This document shows, piece after piece, positions 27,532-39,816 of a DNA stretch of 64,000 nucleotides; within the stretch, counting starts at the first letter, position 1, and every line of letters begins with the position of its first letter. The translations under genes were made by a program, and so were the position numbers. The stretch comes from Phoronis australis (Eukaryota > Animalia > Phoronida): positions 449,827-513,826 of the forward strand of contig NMRA01000268.1 in the NCBI GenBank assembly GCA_002633005.1, in the 5' to 3' direction. Under the pieces are notes generated by a model. It was not told the DNA's origin. It saw only the letters and a program-made list of their open reading frames with translations, and did not search any database.

Positions 27532-27674
27532 GGGTTGAGTTGCATAAAGTTATCCGCTGGATAAGTTTGATTGATGCACGACGTCAGATGCATTGTTCTA
27601 CAAAAACAACGTGACGCGTGATAATTCGACGTCATTGTTGCTTTACGGCGTATACCTTTTATGCAACTGGACCC
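27532..27674. mobile_element. PIF/Harbinger-like MITE inserted in the LINE zinc-finger region
   Basis: TIRs GGGTTGAGTTGCATAAA / TTTATGCAACTGGACCC. It splits ETRRF from PIEERLC. Confidence 0.6.
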
Positions 27675-28552
27675 AGGACTAAAAATACCAAACCGGCGAG
27701 TTTCCATTTTCAGCAGCAAAACTCCACATCTAAATTGAGAAATTCGGGACTTCTTTTCTATAGAAACATTCATTTTAAATAAACTTCTGTTTGGTAGTTT
27801 GTTTTAAATAATCTACAAATTCTTAGCTTGCTCAAAATTCCATCCCTCCATTCACTTTGGCATTCTCCAGATCGCTTGCTGACCCTCGATAAAATGTTTC
27901 AATCTGATCAACCTCTGTAAAAATGGAAAAACAGTTTTTGGCCAATTGTCCTTTCAGCGCGTCAGGTCCCAGTACAAATACTTGCTTCGTGAGACGATTA
28001 TAAGACATGCAAATAAGTCTATTTCCGAGTCGTAATATACGCAACTTCAAGCGAAGTACACTAGGTACCCATCCTATATCTCCATTCATGGCTACAATTG
28101 GAGTAATTTGCGAACCCCAAGAAAACATAGAATGACCCGATTTTGGATTGAATTGAGGAAAAACCCTGTCCTCTAAACACCAGCGCAATAATTAAGTATC
28201 GGGGTTACACACGCATAATATAATGAGGTGTATGTCTTGAACCCAAAATCACGCATGCGCTCGGATTTCTTAGAGACCAACACTAATTGCATGATCACAA
28301 GATTCTTCCAGTGAGTGCGACAGCGACTTGTTTAAACTGCAAATTTTCATCAAAAAGAACACCAAAAAATTATATAGACTTACAATATTGGGCGGGTTAT
28401 TTGCAAAGACAAAGTTGGTTAGCTTCCCTCGGGGTTTATGGAAACGCATAACTTCAGTTTTACTCAATTTCAGCTACATCCTCCATTGCTTACACCAAAT
28501 ATGCAGAATACTCAACATGGCCTGATTTGTTCACGGGACGAAAGTAACTCAA

Positions 28553-28851
28553 CAGTGGCGCATCTAGGATACCATGAGGGGGGCAACATCCTCGCGGAAT
28601 TTGACAAAGCGCGATTGTATGTGCACGTAGACGGCCCGGAAGGTGCGCGGACCGAGAATATATATCTTCTGTTCAGGAAATCAAATCTCTCGTTGGACTA
28701 AAAAAAAAGGGAACGTGTTTTCCCCCGCCCGCTACCGGTCCTAGCTCCTGAAGTAAGTATCCTCACGCTTCACCCTGTTTTGCTATTTCATGCTGGTTCA
28801 TTTTGCTTGCGGCAGCCAAGGAGGGAGGCCGGGTCCCCCAAATCCGCCTAT
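28553..28851. mobile_element. CAGTGGCG-type MITE inserted in the LINE RT region
   Basis: CAGTGGCGCATCTAGG start and CCCCCAAATCCGCCTAT end. RT sequence resumes on both sides. Confidence 0.5.
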
Positions 28852-31041
28852 ACGCAATGTCGTTAGCACACAAGGAGCTAATTACATTATTTCCTACAGG
28901 AATACCACGGTTCAGCCGATTCAAAGAAGTCGGGGATAGGGTATCACCCTGCTCAATGTGTAACTACAACTCAGTTGTAGCTTTAATCAGCTCAACTTCA
29001 ATTCAAACTTCTTCCAAACTGACCCACACTAACCCGCGTGCCTTGGAAATAATGGTCTCTCACAGCGTTAGTCAATAGTCAGGTTATTAAACCAAGGGTT
29101 TGCAGTACTGACTGGAGCATACAACAGACAATACGTTGGACTTTTTATTTGTTTGAGTTTTCTAAACATACATTTGAGATTTGGAAGTGATGAACTGGGA
29201 CCAGTCTTCAGTCTATCATCGCATCTAAAGCTATAAGCAACATTCAGTGACAACTTACAGCAGCTGCGCCCACCCATACACGGGGAACACGACACATGGG
29301 CGACTGAAACTAACATGTGGTGACAAGCCTATTTTTAGGCCTACATGTCTAACGCAGTGAAGACCACTCGCCTAGACATCATCTCTTATCTGAGAAAGGA
29401 GCAAGGTCACTCCGATTTTACAAGAGTAGATCGCCCGAAGCTTTTTTAACCCTTTAACTTCCATTTTGTCAGCAGTTGATTGATTTAGTGTTTAAATTCG
29501 TGTTCGGTAAACGGGTCTAATCAACTCAATTTACAGGTAGTCATTTCCATTGATTCTTATTTTGATGACACTGGAAATAGCTGCGCTGGCACTGAAAATA
29601 ACAAAGGTAGTCTGTTGGTTTGCGTTGGCAGCTGTGACAAATCACCGTAATTAAAAAATGCTTCGTGCAAACTACGTTCTGTATGTCCGTTTGTGCAATC
29701 ATAGGGGCGGTCTTGAAATTATCCCTGGGGGAAAACCCTTGATTACGAACATCATCTAGAAATATAGGCAAACATTACAGGCGAAGCACGCAATCACACA
29801 TACTACTAACTTTGCTCGCGAAAGTCGCACGTCAACAGTTGTGGAAGTTGAAACCTGTGTAAACTCATACCACCAATTCCGCAAACAAGCGCATGCGCCT
29901 AAGTTCTGCAATTAGATGCAGCTTCACTGTTAGGCGCATGCGCTCCATTTCAGGGTTATACGGTAATTTTCTAAGGAAAGTACAAGAATATATTTTTTAC
30001 GGGTGCCGATGCACAAATTAGCAAACCCACCTATTTAGAGAGAGGGAAATGGTGCCAATTTGAACGGATCTTTCATGAAAACGTTGTCCTTATGTAGGGT
30101 TTTGCTCCGACCAGAAACACCACCCTTTCCCAAAATGACTTACCCATTTGTTGAGACTCTTTTTCAACTTAATTGAAAACCTTACAGTACAAGAAGAGAT
30201 GCCATTGAAAATAAGTTCAGGTTTTGCCGGTTTTAAAATCGTAGAAATTATCAAAACTCGCTGTAGATTTGTAATTTGAAAAAGCCCTTTTGTATTGAAT
30301 TTTAGGCTGTCAAGAGGTGAATTCTTTCACAGGGAAGCTGACATCCTTTCCTGTCGTGAAAATGTTTCCTTATGGGCGGTACGTCCCGCATACCTCTTCT
30401 ACGGTAGTATCTCAGGACGAGTTTTTAAGTTGTTAAATTCAGAACTGTGTTTTAATGCTGGGGAGGTATCACCTTTGAAATCGGACTTGAAATTTTCACT
30501 GTCATAATAACTTAAATTTCAATGCTCATTTGTGGTTGAGGGATAAACCGTAATTGGATTGGAGCAATCAAACTTTGATTATGATTTTCTAAAATTTTAT
30601 CATTGACTCGTAAATGTGTTGGATATGCGTGGCGGCAACGGAAATGGCGTCCTAATGGCTAAGGAATATAATGTGATTTTTAATTTCTCCGGACACCTCA
30701 GCGGGCGTGATACCACTAGATGTAGAAATTAAATAATCAACTTTCTTACGAGGGTGTCGATGCCATAGTTGGCTCATTGAGACGGGGAATAGCAGGCAAA
30801 CACGAGTCTTTTGCTAACGATGGCGGAATATCCGTAAGCAACACAGTTGCCCAAACTTCTAGTACACCGTGTCAGCAATAATGAGTATGCCACTCAGAAC
30901 CAATAAAACTTCGCCTTCTGTCATAAAAGCTAACTATCGACTTAGACCATGTAAATTGATCTCAAATCGTTCCTTAGTCAAATTCGAGATGATCTTTGAG
31001 GTTACAAGAACAAGCAGTTCATTATTACTTGAGACCCGCTT

Positions 31042-31177
31042 CCCGTTCAGAAACGCTAGGATCTCGCTAAAAAGCACGACCTTACGAGATTACGTGAGAT
31101 ATTTCTGTTTATTTTAAGTGAGAACAGACAGATAACTTTGGTTAAATTTAGCTAGGTCCTTGCGTTACTGGATGCAC
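31042..31177. mobile_element. MITE, same family as 8411-8560
   Basis: CCGTTCAGAAACGCTAGG ... CCTTGCGTTACTGGATGCAC with shared AAAAAGCA.GAC and GTGAGATATT segments. Confidence 0.5.
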
Positions 31178-32339
31178 GTCAAGTCTTCAAGTTGGCTTGG
31201 CCCAGCGGGTGAGTCTTCAAGCCGGCCTAAGTTTCAAGCAAAAATGAAAAGCCCAGTAACTGCTTCTGATCTGTGCCAGGAATTAGACGCGATTAATTTA
31301 TATGTTTTGGCGTAAAGTGATCTAAATCAAAAGATTATAATCGCTTAAACTTGAAATTTTCAAATACCTTGGGCACAGGAACATGATAGCAGCACTTTTT
31401 TGTTTCGTGATGATTTCATCATATGCGAGTTTTTATGAAGACAAGCTTTAGTTCCACAGAAAGAAACGTTTTCGCACAGAATTTGCTACTTGTGTTTGTT
31501 TGCTATGAAAGTCTGGCAATAATTATGGAGACATTTTACACTGCAAACTCGGCCATCTTATGTAAAAGCTTGTCACAAATGGAAACAAGTTCACTACCTT
31601 GACCATGGAAATCTATTAAGTTAAGCCTCACAGCTAATAAAACCAGACTCTCTGAAGATATAGTCACTTGTAAAATAAATTGATTTCTTATGTAAAAACC
31701 AGACAAATGGATTGAAATCAACACTCCTTACCGAGATAGTATTCAATTTCCGTTAGAAACGAGCACATTTAAACTATCAGCGATTGAAGAAAACTGATCA
31801 GATTTTATTGGGATTCGCCACATCTAAAATTGTGAGGCGCGTGTGCGCATTGCCTGTGTTCTTGTTTGTAACGAAAATACGATTTCTGTCACGGTAAAAA
31901 ATGAAACCGATTTTATTAGGGCAACTGGGTTTCTATCCAGTACGATCTCTATCCTGTAAGAAACATGAGTACAAAAATGGCATCGTCTAAAATACACTAA
32001 TGACAATAATTTAGGAAAATAGCGTTACTTCATTGCTACCCTTTTTCGGCCGACAAAGTGGGAGTGTGCAAATGCTTTTTTAAACAAACGCTTGACAATC
32101 TCATCTTAACGGAATCCACGTGACTCTCAATGATATTGCCTGTAACATCTTTCTTTTATTCCATATTTATGTTTTAGTGATTGTGTGTTTTCTTTGTGAA
32201 CGAGTCAATTTATGACAAATAGCCACCCGACCCACAACAAATTGCAACATAAGGTTTTATGCTCTACTGGGTATGCTTATGAACATGAAAAAAGTCTACC
32301 AAAATCTGACCAGCGGAAATGGGCTAAAACTGCGTCATT

Positions 32340-35300
32340 TCCAGGATGGCTGCCACGACGTTTCGAAATCACTAAAAATAGATATAACTTCTTCAATAAT
32401 TGTGATAAAGACATAATTTTTGGTTCTAGTCTATAATTCTAAGGGATGAGCAACTTGCTGGTGTGGTTAAAATTAAGTTATGATCACTATTAGGTAAATT
32501 CAAGATGGCGGCTAAAATTCAAGAACGAAAAATCACTGATTTGTCAATTATTTAATATCGTATCCCCTATCATGAAAATAGGATTAAATGTGACTGGTTC
32601 TGATTCAATGATCTTAAAATATTTAGATTTGACAGAATTCTGACTGGATTATTTTAAAATCTGAACACTGTATAAAAATTTAAGCTATCAAATGTTTAAT
32701 ACAAAGCATTGGCTATGCATAAAAGTAACAAAAATTGTCTAGTATATATTTGTTTATTAAAAAATCCACAGAAGGAAACTTGAAGCCCAGGGCAAAATTT
32801 CAACATCTGTCTGAAGTGCCCCACAATCAGCCGCAATTGTGCAGATCATCGACAATCTTGAGAAGAAGAAGACTGAACTTAGTACACAGTACAAAATGAG
32901 TCAATTGAGGCTGATCTGAAGATGCTCCATGCAGCTTGGGCAATGATCAAGGCATATCGGTCTTGGAATGGTCACGTGCAAGCCGTTGGTGATGCCTTGC
33001 TAATACTTATTATTTGCTGCAGCTGGACACCACAACTCCCTGAAATCCGCTTATCTCTACATACAAGAAATGGCTGATATGGAGAGCGAACATCCAGATA
33101 TGTATGCGAAGTTTCAAAAACGGCTTTCATGTGATTCGGCAAACAAACCAGTTTTGGACAGACCTCAGCTGAGATCTAGCCATTGAACAAATTACTAAAT
33201 GCGATTGCTAAAAAGCACACTGTGCTTTTGGGTCAGGCGGTTTGACTCATAGCGGTAAGATGGTAGAAGAGTGTTGTGGATAATGTCGGTCCCCGTAATG
33301 TCAGAGGTGAACATCTCCTTGTAGTACTTCAATGACTTCACGTTCACAACAAGCGAGCAACACAAAGAAGCAAATGGTGCCAGGATTGAAAGAGATGCAT
33401 GCGACTTTGCAAAGATAAGCACAAAGCTGACCAAATTTTCACCCTTCTCCTCAGACCATGGGCAACGCAATGTCGTCAGTGGTGTTGTTGCCAAGGCACA
33501 CATCAACGTGCATAAATATGAATCTGATGGGAACAAAATCATCGAGAGAATGGTTTGACAACCTGTGTTTTCTTTCTGTTTTAAGAGGAGAGAGGAAGCT
33601 AAAACCCTGGGAAACGCAGCTGCAGTCTACATGTAGGTTGGTCCTGAAAGAACCATCGGTCCTAACTTACTATTTCAGCGATTCAGTGTGGTATCCCGTT
33701 CAGATGACTTGTCTTTTGACAGTAAGTTCTGAGTTTCGAGCTCAGTCCATACCCGCCGTCCCTCTTTGAGGATAACCTAATCTTGAGGAAGGCTGACAAA
33801 CCTTATCCCTCTCAAGCCGTTTATAACAGCTGTTTAAAAGCCCATGCACGTGATGAATCACCAAACTCCACATCTTTAGAATGTCTCCAGACTGAAAGGT
33901 ATGTGCTTGATGGGGGATCTTTGCTTCACAAGCTCAAATGGAAGAAAAGTAAAGCACTTTGAGGCAGCCACTGTTGTCTTTGATAGCTAGGGTGCAAGTC
34001 CTTCGATAAAGAAAAACACTCAGCAAAGACGGAGATAGGCCAGTAGTTGTCCGACTGTGAACTTCACCAGAGAAACGAAATGTGATGGTTGAGAGATGAA
34101 TTCCTATCCACCGGTAGTAACAAGCAGCAACTGATTGCCTTAATAAGTGACCAGCTGCAGAAAGTGGAATGCACAGCCGTTCAGGCAGAAGGGGGACGCT
34201 GGTGTGGACGTTGCAAAGACAGAATTATATGCATTCCACCACAGTAATCGGCGAGGACACTGACCTGTTGATGCATATGCTCCATTACTGTAAGCCTGAA
34301 ACCAATATTTTTCCGATCAGACAATTAATCAGTCAAGAACCAATCTGAGAGTATTAACTTAAATTGGATGAAGTGTGTGCTCAGGATTAAGATGCGTACC
34401 TAGCTACTATTCCTGCACTGCTTCTCAGGATGAGACTCAACGTCTCGTCCATATGACGTCGCAAAGAAATCAGTCTCTCAGAAACTCGTGAAAAATGACC
34501 AAGTCTTCCAGTCCTGCAAAGACACACTCACCACGAAAGTTGTGAGCCACTCAGAGGTAGAGAAACTTGGCAGCCAAGCGATGGTCACACTGTTTGGAGG
34601 AGAGAGCATCTGTTTACTAGCTAGGCTTCATTGTCTAGGTTACTGTTTAGATAGGGATGGCAAAAGGCCTGGATCCTTTAGACTGGGACTGGAGACTAGA
34701 AGACAATCGAGTTTCTTCCATCCTGACTGCCATGAATGCTGCACCAGACACTCCTGAAGATGATACACTGCAACTGCACCACATCTTGTAGTCATACGCC
34801 CTGTTGCACTTTCAGAAAGAATGGGTTTGCATGTACATCTACATGTGATTTGTTCCTAGCGACATATTATGACAATCCACTAAATCAAGTTTTTGAGGAA
34901 CTTGAAGACACTGACGAGGATTGAACGGAGGCAGTACGTGTAATGAACACAACACTCTTGGATGAAAATGTAACCTAATCTTTCATGCATCACATCGACG
35001 AATAAATACTTTACTGGCACCTGTTGCTCAGTCATTTTGATACTGATAGATTCCTTTTAAGTAAAGAAGTTTTGCAGGTTTAAGTTATTGAGCATAATAC
35101 AACCTATACCTTGGTACACATTCTGTGTTAGTGCATTCCAAACACTGCTGTTGATTAGATTGCAATCACAACTTTGTGTAAAACATGTTGTAATTAACTC
35201 CAATTAACTCGTTCTCAGCACTTGAAAGCACCATCTTTACTTCGAAAAATGTAGCACCCAACTGACAAAAATTTTTTATGACACAACCCTTGAAAATTTA

Positions 35301-35368
35301 CACCTGAGTAAATTTTTGTTAAGTGTCACCATCCTTGAAGATGACACTTTGTATAATGACGTAGTCTA
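32340..35368 (+). mobile_element. Academ(X)-like DNA transposon remnant (transposase part, XPG-like nuclease, Cys-rich CXC tail)
   Basis: Broken plus-strand protein: SEQHKE..RIERD, YVLDGGSLLHKLKW (~33900), GEDTDLL (34250-34270), LLFLHCFSG*DSTS (~34404-34445), LLKMIHCNCTTSCSHTPCCTFRKNGFACTSTC. Possible ...GTAGTCTA 3' end at 35368. Boundaries approximate. Confidence 0.7.
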
Positions 35369-35840
35369 ATTTGGCATTGCACCAACATTTATACGCTATG
35401 AAAAATAAGACGTATAATTTCCATAAAAATTTTAATTCAGTGAATTTTTTCTCTCGTGTTCTCTTACTTGTAAATCACCGATCTTCAATTTGAATGCGGG
35501 TATCGTGTCGTCGGGATCCTTTGACTTGAGTATTATAGTCAAGTTACTAGAGGTAAACTACTTTAGCAGACGATATTTTCCCAGTCGAAGCTTAGCGTGA
35601 TAAAATCTGTAGTAAGTTATAATAGTTGCTAAACCTTATTTTAAGATTCACTTTATTTCTGTTTTGTTTAAAATTTCAATTGGTTTGAGTATAAGCATTA
35701 TTTGACAAAAACAGGTCGGCTTTTCTTAAAAAGTCACGACCTCTGACCCTGGGCCTCTGACATAGAAAGTAGTTACAAAGCCAAGGCGAGTCGAGAAAGG
35801 TAGATCGATTCATTGCAGTGTTTCTCGTTCAGTATGTGGT

Positions 35841-36014
35841 ATAAATAGATTATTATATGTTCTCAGTCATTATCTCCCTTATCCAGAGCCCTCGTAGATT
35901 TTGGAGAATTATCACCCTCGGGGCTGACGCCCCTCGGGCGATAATTCTTCAAAATCCACTCGGGCTCTAGATAAGGGGGGATAATGACTTCGCCATGTAA
36001 TAATATATATTTAT
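35841..36014. repeat. ~174-bp near-perfect palindrome (foldback MITE, Crypton-like non-autonomous style)
   Basis: Arms GTCATTATCTCCCTTATCCAGAGCCC...ATCACCCTCGGGGC and GCCCCTCGGGCGAT...GGGCTCTAGATAAGGGGGGATAATGAC around a TGAC loop. Confidence 0.85.
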
Positions 36015-36159
36015 CGCTGACGCAAAGTGATATTTTCCCGTGATACCACTGATACATTTAAAAGTACTTTCCCAGTTATTTCATTAGAACTAATGCTAGC
36101 TAGCACATTAGGTCGACTAAGCTGCAGGCACGCACTTTACCATCGAATGCTGGTCAATC

Positions 36160-39100
36160 ATGGCGCCGTTTAGAGTTGTCGTGTTTCTAAGCCTCGTCTG
36201 TTATTTTGCCTTTGCAGGGCAGCTGAGAGGACATTCTTCGCGAGGAACCACCGGTGACGTATGGCAAATTCCCGTACCGTCGGGCGCGAGAGTTAAAGCG
36301 ATTTTAGTAAAGTTCCGAGTGGACGGTGAGATCATGTGTGAAAACGTGACTATTCGTTTGTGTTCATCAAATGCTTCCACGGAATTTCTCCCTGATATAT
36401 GCAAAGCGGATTACTACCGTCAGTTTGTTTCAAGAGACAATGTCACGATAACAGTTTTAAAAGCCACAAAAGATGATGACGTCAGGTTCTTTATCACATT
36501 TACTTATGAATGGATTGACTCTGACGACGATACATGTAGACATGTTCCGAATTTCGAAGGAGGAACCATATTCAAAATAAATAGTTCCGATGTTGTGGGA
36601 AGTAGCACACCTCCGCCAATAAAGAACGTCAAATGTGTATGGAGTTTAAAAAGTAACGACAGCAGTTTAGTGAACCTGACAGTTACTAACTTAAACACAA
36701 GATATTCAGGTATAAACTGTACAGAGGATATGCTGAGCGTGTATGACGGTCCAGATTACACATACCAGCTATTGGGAAGATATTGTGGTCACAGGTCACA
36801 GTGGTCGATCATTTCTTCATCATCACAAATGTTGGTGGTTTTATTTTCGAACTCACCAGAAATCGTCACTTTCCGAGCTCAATATAAATTCATTTCGAGC
36901 GACTCTTTTTTTGCAGGTGTTGGTGTCTACATTGTCCGCAGACAACAAGGAGTAATTTCTTCAGATACATATCGTTCACCATCGTATTCAGCTCCATCAC
37001 AACTCACCAATACCTACGTATGGCACATTGTAACAGCATATGGTCAGTTGCTGCACATAAACGTCTATTCACGATCTGTTCGTAAAGTAACTGTCTACGA
37101 TGGCCCAAAATTGTCGCTGGTGCCACAAATATTTCCAGAAGTGTTTCCTAAGACAATCCTTGGTGACGTGATGTTTTGTACCTACATCTCTTCATCGTTT
37201 CAATCTACTGTGGAAATACAGACTTTTTTCAATGAACCATCGTTCAACATCTCATATAAGACAATCGAAGGAAACTTTGGTAGGTGCAAAAACGTAAATG
37301 TGCCTAGAGACCAATATTCCTTAGTGACCCTGTTCCCTTTGAAATTTCTTATTTCTGACAGAAACATTGGACAATGTGTTTGGTACTTTAGAGCAGCCCA
37401 CCCCGAACGTTTTCTTAGATTCACACTCGAGACCCTAAAGCTGACAGACACTGACAACAGCGCGTATGAAGCAATTGTAATATTTGATGGACCGAGCACA
37501 TCGGCACCATCTTATGGTCCATTTTGCAAAAGCTCGAGAACACTTCGACGCATTGTTACTTCAACATCATACTTGACGATACTGTACTATTCTATCGGTC
37601 ACTTTTTGTTTAACACTCCAACAGTAAACGCAACTATTGAAGAGGTGGCTTGCAAAGGCCACTTTCTAACGGAAGAAAGCTTAATCTTCGAGGCCAACCC
37701 TGGAGCATGCTACGTCCTTCAAAAAGTACCAGGAGTCGCACAACACCATGTTCAATCCGTTGGGTTTACTGTTGTCAAACCAGGCATGTATTCCATCTTA
37801 ATGGACATAGAAGAAAGCGACATTGCTTGTGGTGACCGTGCTACGTTTTTGTGTTCTGAGTATTTCAAGTGGTTTTCAGACAGAATACCAACGTGTCTCC
37901 TCGGTGCTCATTCGCTCATGCACTACACCTCGGTAAAAGAAAAATTTGATTTGCTATCAGTTGTGTCTTACTGTAGGTGGTCTCGGGCCAGGTCTTCTGT
38001 TCAAGTGACAGTAACAGACACATTTAGCGAGAATGTGCGTGGTGTGTGTTTAAAGAGCGGAAAACATCATTTATCCATTAATTTACATGCTTGGGTTTGT
38101 GGGCTTCTGACGTTCTTTAATAACCCACAAAGAATTACAGTGGACTTCGTAAATCCCCAGAAAATATTAAACCCGTCATACATCAAACTTCTGTTTTTTA
38201 GTAAGTATCCACGTTTTATATCAATCGAAATAAAAGAAAATGTATTTAGAGGCGTTGATCAAACCATAAATAACACGGACACGCCACAGCACTCATTGGA
38301 ATACCTATACAATCTCAGGCTGAGAGACAGTAAGTTAGCCATCGTTGTACCTAGCATTGCTGCGGACTCGCTCTCAATAACTGCTTTAATACGCTTAACT
38401 GATCTGACCATTGAATACAGCATCATGCATACACGTTCTGTAGACGCTGACAACTTGAACAGATGCCAACCGACTTATATCTTATACAAGGACTTTTGTT
38501 ATAAACTCGCTAGTACTACGAAATCGTGGATAGAGGGTGATCAACACTGCAAAGAAGACGGCGGGGAGCTGGTGAGCATCTTAGGCGAAGATGAGTACAC
38601 ATTCCTCCTTGATTGTATGCGGACTGTTTGGAAGAGGCGCATATACGCGGTCAGCTCGTACAACGCAATATTCATAGGTCTTCACGACACTAAAGATGGC
38701 GAGATGAGATGGACTGACAACAGCCCCTTAATATACACGAGATGGTACAGCCCTGGAGACGAGGCCACTACGTACACACAGGCGACGTTCAATGGAACAA
38801 AGAACGACTTACTTACTATTATTATGGACACTCAAAGGCAACCAATTAAAGAACCGTCTAGTAAATGTACGCTGATGATAGTCCGTAATCCACATGTCGG
38901 AGGAAGTTGGTTCAAAATTCCTTGTCAGTATGCATTTAGAAATACAGCATCGGTTTGCAAACAACCAGCTACCAGTAACAAAACATCAGTTAACCTACCT
39001 TCGCACCATGCAGAATTTCCCAGGTGTCCTCATGATTGGATACTCCTGCAGGACTCTTGTTATCGGCTCGTTACCACAATGGCTAACATAAATTTACCAG

Positions 39101-39572
39101 TGGAATTCAGCACAGCAGTGGCCATGTGCCAGGGCAAGGAAGGTGCCACTCTGGCCAATGTCAACTCCAAAAACATTGACGGAGTCAGATTTTTGCTGCA
39201 GGTGTGGAAGCATAGACCTGAGTACGGCACCATATGGGTTAACAATACACCAACTTTCAACTGTTCGGTACTTTCTCCAGAAGTCGTCTGGAACAGCCCT
39301 GAAACTCTTCATAACCACCGAGACAGCGTACAACATTGGGTGCTCTCAGAGTTTCCCTGCAATGGTTTTTCAGTGCCCCGGTTATCACGTCCGCTGAGCG
39401 CGCTATGTGAAAGACCAGTGCTAAATACGTCCGTCACTCAATGTTCAAAATTAACGCAGATGACTTGTAGCGACGGGACTTGCATTTCTGTGGGCAATAT
39501 CTGTGACAAGTCAAGTGACTGTCCAAATGGCGAAGACGAGCAAAACTGTAATCGGGAGGATGAATATTTCAC
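36160..39572 (+). CDS. First coding exon of GRL101-like GPCR paralogue B: signal peptide, about 4 CUB-like domains, unassigned region, 2 C-type lectin domains, LDLa
   Basis: ATG in good context (atcATGG). Hydrophobic leader MAPFRVVVFLSLVCYFAFAG. CUB motifs (CVWSL..LSVYDGP..LGRYCG; CVWYF..IFDGP..GPFC). CTL motifs (CQPTYILYKDFCYK..FIGLHD; CPHDWILLQDSCYR). LDLa CSDGTCISVGNICDKSSDCPNGEDEQNC. Donor AC|GTGAGT at 39573. Confidence 0.92.
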
Positions 39573-39591
39573 GTGAGTTGTCTTGTTTTTT

Positions 39592-39597
39592 AATAAA
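39592..39597 (+). terminator. Candidate intronic poly(A) signal AATAAA
   Basis: Starts 16 nt after the in-frame TGA (39574-39576) created by reading through the donor. Confidence 0.3.
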
Positions 39598-39816
39598 AAA
39601 TAGCCTGTAAGTGCACTAGGACGTCAACGAAAAGTGACAACTTTGCCATCAGTTGATTTGAACGAAGTTTGTGTTGCGTTTGGAAGGTGACAACACGAAT
39701 GGGTAGAGACAAATCATACAGCTGCGTGGGATTGTACTAAAAACCTCTAGCCCCCCCGACCCACGACCAATGGCAATAGATGTAACATTGTGCTTTTTAC
39801 ACATTTCGTGATCATG

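Larger units (their letters stand above)
27240..29000 (-). mobile_element. Decayed LINE 3' half (RTE-X-like), interrupted by two MITEs
   Basis: QGDTLSP and LCANDIA (YADD-like) at about 28855-28955. C-terminal SQFRCGVLLLKMETRRF..PIEERLCEFC..VKDEIYFLCSCDRY. Confidence 0.7.

Noticed and set aside
29888-29944. Paired GCGCATGCGC (NRF1-like) sites in a 15-bp inverted repeat
   Set aside because: They lie next to a TACGGTA MITE-type end and far from any gene start, so they are probably transposon-internal.
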